From positions 1 through 53,439 of the forward strand of contig CAZYLG010000004.1 in NCBI GenBank assembly GCA_964648565.1: a DNA stretch of 53,439 nt, in the 5' to 3' direction. A program made the position numbers and the translations under genes. Numbering within the stretch: the stretch's first letter is position 1; the number at the start of each line of letters is the position of its first letter. The notes beneath the pieces were generated by a model. That model saw only the letters and a list, made by a program, of their open reading frames with translations. It did no database searches and had not been told where the DNA came from. This DNA is from an uncultured Thermoplasmatales archaeon (GTDB taxonomy: Archaea; Thermoplasmatota; E2; DHVEG-1). Of the stretch, positions 49,534 to 53,439 are shown one piece after another.

Positions 49534-50289
49534 ATGGGATTACTAGAAGTAAGAGATTTGAATTTACATATCAATGGAAAACATATTCTTCAGGATGTTA
49601 GCTTGGATGTTTGGAAAGGACATATTCATGCATTAGTTGGAACTAATGGAGCTGGAAAATCAACGCTTGCTTCAGCTATCATGGGCCTTGAAGGATATCG
49701 GGAAGTGAGTGGAGATATTTATTTTAACGGTGAAAAAATCAATGAATTAACCATTGATCAACGAGCCCGAAAAGGGATAACCTTTGGTTGGCAAGAACCC
49801 GCTCGTTATGAGGGAATATCAGTCAATGATTTTGTGGGAGCTGGAATCCCTAGTGAAGAAAATGATAAAGAATTAATTATTGCTGATGCATTGAAAAAAG
49901 TTGGATTGAAACCAGATGATTATCTTACTCGTGCAGTTGATGAAACACTTTCTGGTGGTGAACGTAAAAAAATTGAGCTGGCATCAATTATTGCGATGAA
50001 TCCTCCATTTATCATGCTTGATGAACCTGATTCTGGGATAGATGTGGCAACTCTTGAACGTATGGCTGAGGCTATTAAAATACTGAAGGAAAAAGGAACC
50101 ACTGTTTTATTAATCACCCATAGTCTGGCGGTGATGCGACAAGCTGATCATGCATTTTTAATGTGTGATGGACAAATCATCGAAAAAAATACAGCTGATA
50201 AAATCATACCTTATTTTGAACAAAATTGTGTTCCATGCAATCATAAAAACAAGCCTGATATTGAACGTGCTCGGGAGGCGATAGAATGA
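49534..50289 (+). CDS. sufC: SufC-type Fe-S cluster assembly ATPase
   Basis: 'GTNGAGKSTLA', 'LSGGERKK' and 'MLDEPDSGIDV'. Confidence 0.9.
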   Translation: MGLLEVRDLNLHINGKHILQDVSLDVWKGHIHALVGTNGAGKSTLASAIMGLEGYREVSGDIYFNGEKINELTIDQRARKGITFGWQEPARYEGISVNDFVGAGIPSEENDKELIIADALKKVGLKPDDYLTRAVDETLSGGERKKIELASIIAMNPPFIMLDEPDSGIDVATLERMAEAIKILKEKGTTVLLITHSLAVMRQADHAFLMCDGQIIEKNTADKIIPYFEQNCVPCNHKNKPDIERAREAIE

Positions 50290-51224
50290 GTTCTGATCAA
50301 CGGTTAGCTTCGGAGATCACTGGGAGTGCAGGGATAGAAAGTGATATGTTCAAACGAAAAGATATCGCTCATTTGTTAATTCATCATGATAAAGTTGTCG
50401 GTATGCATGCAGTTGAGGGTCTTGAAATTAAAACAGAACAAATCAAAGATGGTATTAAAATTGATTTACGATTAAAAGAAGGAACCCGGGTGAAGCATCC
50501 TGTGCAAATGTGTTTTGGAATGATGCCGAAAAAGGGCGTGCAACATATCGTATTGAATGCAGTGATTGAAAAAGATGCTCATATCGATGTACTTGCTCAT
50601 TGTACGTTTCCAAATGCAATTGATGTGAAACATGTAATGGATGCTGAGTTAACACTTGAGGAAAATGCTTCCTACAAATATTATGAACGTCATATTCATA
50701 GTGATAAAGGGGGTGTGCAAGTCATTCCAAAAGCTAAGATTCATGTTGGAAAACATGCTCGATATATCACTGATTTTGAATTGTTGAAAGGAAGAGTTGG
50801 ACTTATCGATATCGATTATGAGACTACCTGTGAAGAGAAAAGTACTCTTGAAATGAACGCCCGAGTTAATGCTACCCATGATGATGTTGTTAAAATCCGG
50901 GAGATTGGTCATTTGAATGGTGCTTATTCCAAAGGAGTTCTTCTTTCCCGTGTTGCTGTTAGAGATCAAGCTGAAGCTGAAGTGTATAGTGAACTTACTG
51001 CTTCTGCTGCCTATGCACGAGGCCATGTGGATTGTAAAGAGATCGTACAAGACAATGGAGTTGTAAGTGCAGTTCCAATCGTAAAAGTGAATCATCCGAA
51101 AGCTCATATAACTCATGAAGCGTCACTTGGAAGTGTTGATTCCAAACAATTGCAAACATTGATGGCTCGGGGGCTCTCAGAAGATGATGCTACTGATTTG
51201 ATCATCCAAGGATTATTACAATAA
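50286..51224 (+). CDS. sufB: Short SufB/SufD-family Fe-S assembly scaffold
   Basis: A beta-helix-type repeat region leads to the C-terminal 'THEASLGSVDSKQLQTLMARGLSEDDATDLIIQGLL'. The gene overlaps sufC by 4 nt. At ~310 aa it matches the minimal archaeal systems. Confidence 0.8.
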   Translation: MSSDQRLASEITGSAGIESDMFKRKDIAHLLIHHDKVVGMHAVEGLEIKTEQIKDGIKIDLRLKEGTRVKHPVQMCFGMMPKKGVQHIVLNAVIEKDAHIDVLAHCTFPNAIDVKHVMDAELTLEENASYKYYERHIHSDKGGVQVIPKAKIHVGKHARYITDFELLKGRVGLIDIDYETTCEEKSTLEMNARVNATHDDVVKIREIGHLNGAYSKGVLLSRVAVRDQAEAEVYSELTASAAYARGHVDCKEIVQDNGVVSAVPIVKVNHPKAHITHEASLGSVDSKQLQTLMARGLSEDDATDLIIQGLLQ

Positions 51225-51253
51225 AACGAGGTTACCTAAGTAAGGATTGATAG

Positions 51254-51817
51254 ATGATGGATGTGAACAGAGCTATAAAAAACCGAAGAGCTTTTCGAAA
51301 TCTTGATCCTATTTCTCCGAATAATAAGGAAATTAAACAGTTGGAGACTGCGATACAACTTGCTCCATCCTGTTTTAATAATCAGCCTTGGCGGTATGTG
51401 TTCATCACAGATGATGATAAACGAAAAGAAATGCAAAACGTATTATCCAAAGGTAATGAATGGGCGTTTCATGCAGGCATGTATGTGGCAGTATGTGCTC
51501 GAAAAGAAGATGATTGTGTAATTTATGATCGAGAGTACTACTTATTTGATGCAGGTATTGCTACTGGATTTTTGATTTTAGAAGCAACTGAACTTGGATT
51601 GGTTGCACATCCAATAGCTGGATATAGTCCGAAGAAAACACGGAAAGTCCTTGGGATTCCAGAAGATATGCAAGTGATTGCATTAGTCATCATAGGCAAT
51701 AAAAGAGATGAAATCCGCAAAGAACTAACTGAAAAACAACGCGAATCTGAGAAAGATCGGCCAAAGCGAAAACCAATTGAAGATTTGGTTTATTATAATC
51801 AGTATTTGGAAAGGTGA
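51254..51817 (+). CDS. Nitroreductase-family FMN protein
   Basis: 'RRAFRNLD', 'APSCFNNQPWRYVFI' and 'DAGIATGFLILEATELGLVAHP'. Confidence 0.85.
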   Translation: MMDVNRAIKNRRAFRNLDPISPNNKEIKQLETAIQLAPSCFNNQPWRYVFITDDDKRKEMQNVLSKGNEWAFHAGMYVAVCARKEDDCVIYDREYYLFDAGIATGFLILEATELGLVAHPIAGYSPKKTRKVLGIPEDMQVIALVIIGNKRDEIRKELTEKQRESEKDRPKRKPIEDLVYYNQYLER

Positions 51818-51826
51818 AGGAAATAT

Positions 51827-52111
51827 ATGATAGAATATACGCATGTTGACGGAAAAGATAAAGGCCCCATCATATTATTTGCATTAAGCACTTGTGTATG
51901 GTGTCGAAAAACAAAAAAATTACTTGATTCATTAAATGTTGCTTATGATTTCGTATACACTGATTTATTAAGTTCGAATGAACGTATTGATGTGTTAGAT
52001 GAAGTGGAAAAATGGAATCCTCGTGTTTCCTTTCCTACGATGGTCATTAATAACGAAAAAGCAATAGTTGGTTTTAAAGAAAAACAAATTCGTGAGGCGA
52101 TTGAAGGATGA
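51827..52111 (+). CDS. Glutaredoxin-like small thiol-disulfide protein
   Basis: '[19 protein letters not shown]' (CxxC = CVWC) and '[15 protein letters not shown]' (cis-Pro region). Confidence 0.75.
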   Translation: MIEYTHVDGKDKGPIILFALSTCVWCRKTKKLLDSLNVAYDFVYTDLLSSNERIDVLDEVEKWNPRVSFPTMVINNEKAIVGFKEKQIREAIEG

Positions 52112-52629
52112 ATGATGCTGCATCAGTAACAGAAGAGGATGTGGATCGATTATATCAAAAATTAAAAAAAGAAGCTGAAGAAAGCGGGTATCATTTAAAT
52201 CCAGATAAGGATCATACCAAAGCATTAGTGAAAAGTTTATTGATCAATGAAAAACGATATGGGTATTGGGCATGTCCCTGCCGTCTTGCTGATGGAGAAA
52301 AAAAAGAGGATTTAGACATTATCTGTCCCTGCGACTATCGAGATGCAGATTTAAACGAGTTTGGAACTTGTTATTGTGGTTTGTATGTATCTGAAGAAGT
52401 CGTCGATGGAAAAAAAGAGATTTCAGCAATCCCTGAACGTCGTCCTAAAAAAGAAAAGAGACCGCAACATAATACATCTAAGAAATCATCTCAAACAAAT
52501 CTTGATTCTAAGGAGTCAATGCCGGTTTGGCGGTGTCGGGTGTGTGGCTATTTATGTGCTCGGGAAGAACCACCATTAGTATGTCCGATTTGTAAAGCAA
52601 AACAGGACCGGTTTGAACGATTTCAATAA
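52108..52629 (+). CDS. Ferredoxin:thioredoxin-reductase catalytic-subunit-like protein fused to a C-terminal rubredoxin-like domain
   Basis: 'WACPCR...[23 protein letters not shown]' supplies the CPC...CPC...C(Y)C FeS/disulfide motif. '[30 protein letters not shown]' supplies Cx2C...Cx2C. The gene overlaps the upstream gene by 4 nt. Confidence 0.8.
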   Translation: MNDAASVTEEDVDRLYQKLKKEAEESGYHLNPDKDHTKALVKSLLINEKRYGYWACPCRLADGEKKEDLDIICPCDYRDADLNEFGTCYCGLYVSEEVVDGKKEISAIPERRPKKEKRPQHNTSKKSSQTNLDSKESMPVWRCRVCGYLCAREEPPLVCPICKAKQDRFERFQ

Positions 52630-52641
52630 AAAAATGAAAAA

Positions 52642-52670
52642 TTCCACTGGGATTTAATCCCAAGGTGGAA
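52642..52670. terminator. Imperfect hairpin between convergent genes
   Basis: TTCCACTGGGAT-TTA-ATCCCA(AG)GTGGAA forms a 12-bp stem with a 2-nt bulge. It lies in the 60-nt gap between the FTR-like gene and the Dx-like gene. Confidence 0.4.
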
Positions 52671-52689
52671 GAAAACTCTTTTGAGGTTC

Positions 52690-52896
52690 TTACACGCCGC
52701 GAGAATCATCACAGGCTTCATCATCATCGGTCATTCGGGCACTTTCAGCATCAGCTGGAGGTTTCATACATACATCAAGCGGTGCTTCCTTCATGGGTTT
52801 TCCACAACATTTAGGAACTGAGCCATCTGTAACAATTTCAGTTCTACCACATTCTTCACATTGATATCCAATTTTTTCACTCATAATTTTTTTCAC
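52690..52896 (-). CDS. Small desulforedoxin-like metal-binding protein with acidic Cys-containing tail
   Basis: 'YQCEECGRTEIVTDGSVPKCCGKPM' parallels the Dx motif of the nearby dfx gene ('[12 protein letters not shown]...LVCCGEPM'). The tail is 'CMKPPADAESARMTDDDEACDDSRG'. Confidence 0.55.
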   Translation of the reverse strand: MKKIMSEKIGYQCEECGRTEIVTDGSVPKCCGKPMKEAPLDVCMKPPADAESARMTDDDEACDDSRGV

Positions 52897-52914
52897 CTTT
52901 GCATTTATTTTTCT

Positions 52915-53358
52915 TTAGAGAATCATTTTTACTTTTTCGATGATCTGATCCTTTTGTTTCTCAGATAATGTTTCTTGTAATTTTGGGTAAACTTCCACTT
53001 CTTCAAAAGTACGATGTTTCATTAACACTTTTTTGAATTCACTTACTTTTTCAGGGGTTTGTCCGTTTTGAACGGTTCGACGCATATTTTCTAATCGATT
53101 TAAAATGTCATTATGTTGTTTTGTTAGCGTTGGCAGCATTTTATAACCTGAGGAAATATCCTCCGGTTCGTAAAAGGTAAAAATTGCTTTTTCCTCTGCA
53201 AAAATATGTTTTTGTAATTGCCATTCAAATACATTAAATGCTTTTTCAATATCTTCAAAATCATCATCAAGACTTTGTTCAACCTTATCAATGAACTCTT
53301 CAATTCGATGGTGATCCTTAACCATGATTTTTAAAATACTGGTTTTCTCATCTGCCAT
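52915..53358 (-). CDS. Hemerythrin HHE cation-binding domain protein
   Basis: 'KDHHRIEE', 'KHIFAEEKAIF', 'KQHNDIL' and 'KHRTFEEVEVYP' form an H / HxxxE pattern repeated twice. Confidence 0.8.
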   Translation of the reverse strand: MADEKTSILKIMVKDHHRIEEFIDKVEQSLDDDFEDIEKAFNVFEWQLQKHIFAEEKAIFTFYEPEDISSGYKMLPTLTKQHNDILNRLENMRRTVQNGQTPEKVSEFKKVLMKHRTFEEVEVYPKLQETLSEKQKDQIIEKVKMIL

Positions 53359-53439
53359 TTGTTTTTTTCACCTCTTTGATGGGGAATGCTAATATGGTAT
53401 CAATTGTTAATATGTGTTACCCATCCACAAGAATCTGAT

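Noticed and set aside
50649-51116. 155-aa antisense ORF inside sufB. There are many similar nested or antisense ORFs in the track, e.g. 429-623, 3495-3857, 17504-17833, 34187-34492, 40960-41229, 41777-42118 and 42289-42610.
   Set aside because: Each lies entirely within, or opposite, a gene with strong family-level sequence signatures. Their translations are low-complexity and rich in Ile/Phe/Ser/Leu, as expected for shadow frames of AT-rich DNA.
1-53439. Scanned intergenic regions for tRNA, rRNA, C/D-box sRNAs, transposases, integrases and long direct or inverted repeats.
   Set aside because: I found no GC-rich cloverleaf-like segments, no T-loop GTTCRAATC motifs, no RUGAUGA...CUGA pairs in the gaps, and no mobile-element genes. 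The by-eye scan could miss short or degenerate elements.

Overview
This is a visibly AT-rich chromosomal window from an archaeon. The hallmark genes are ABCE1, a eukaryote/archaeal-type GlyRS, DTD2/DtdA, and RPA with a COG3390-type partner. Strong GGAGG-like ribosome-binding sites precede many genes. The AGT-EndoV fusion, the euryarchaeal-style RPA pair, the secreted peptidases and the strictly anaerobic ROS toolkit suggest an anaerobic, peptide-fermenting sediment lineage (Thermoplasmatota-like). This placement is a low-confidence inference. I support about 50 protein-coding genes. By eye I found no rRNA, tRNA, CRISPR array, transposase or integrase.

Functional blocks:
1. 180-8189: cell-envelope cluster with a GNAT-like acyltransferase, a 1090-aa surface protein, a sulfotransferase, a class-I GATase-like protein and a UbiA prenyltransferase.
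2. 8618-16429: DNA/RNA maintenance genes, namely a membrane-anchored AlbA_2 protein, an MBL hydrolase, AGT-EndoV, DtdA, an IMPACT-domain protein and RPA.
3. 16500-21156: formiminoglutamate/histidine module with fhs, a fused FTCD and hutI.
4. 22063-27992: ABCE1, a 963-aa secreted transglutaminase-like protein, and a solo Cas4-like nuclease that is membrane-inserted and split into two ORFs.
5. 28188-34930: lysine catabolism (split LKR and SDH, plus LAT) flanking a secreted M14 carboxypeptidase.
6. 34977-41241: GlyRS, a CBS protein, an amidohydrolase, an iron-sulfur flavoprotein, an acyl-CoA synthetase and a ferredoxin.
7. 41372-53358: a very large O2/ROS-defence island. Sixteen co-directional genes are headed by a Fur/PerR-family regulator, with two tandem 7-1-7 Fur-type boxes in its promoter. 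A convergent Dx-like/hemerythrin pair follows.

The most novel-looking items are the split TM-hairpin Cas4-like gene, the 6-TM AlbA_2 fusion, the PerR-headed super-operon with an embedded two-subunit OFOR and minimal SufCB, and the surface-protein/sulfotransferase cluster.
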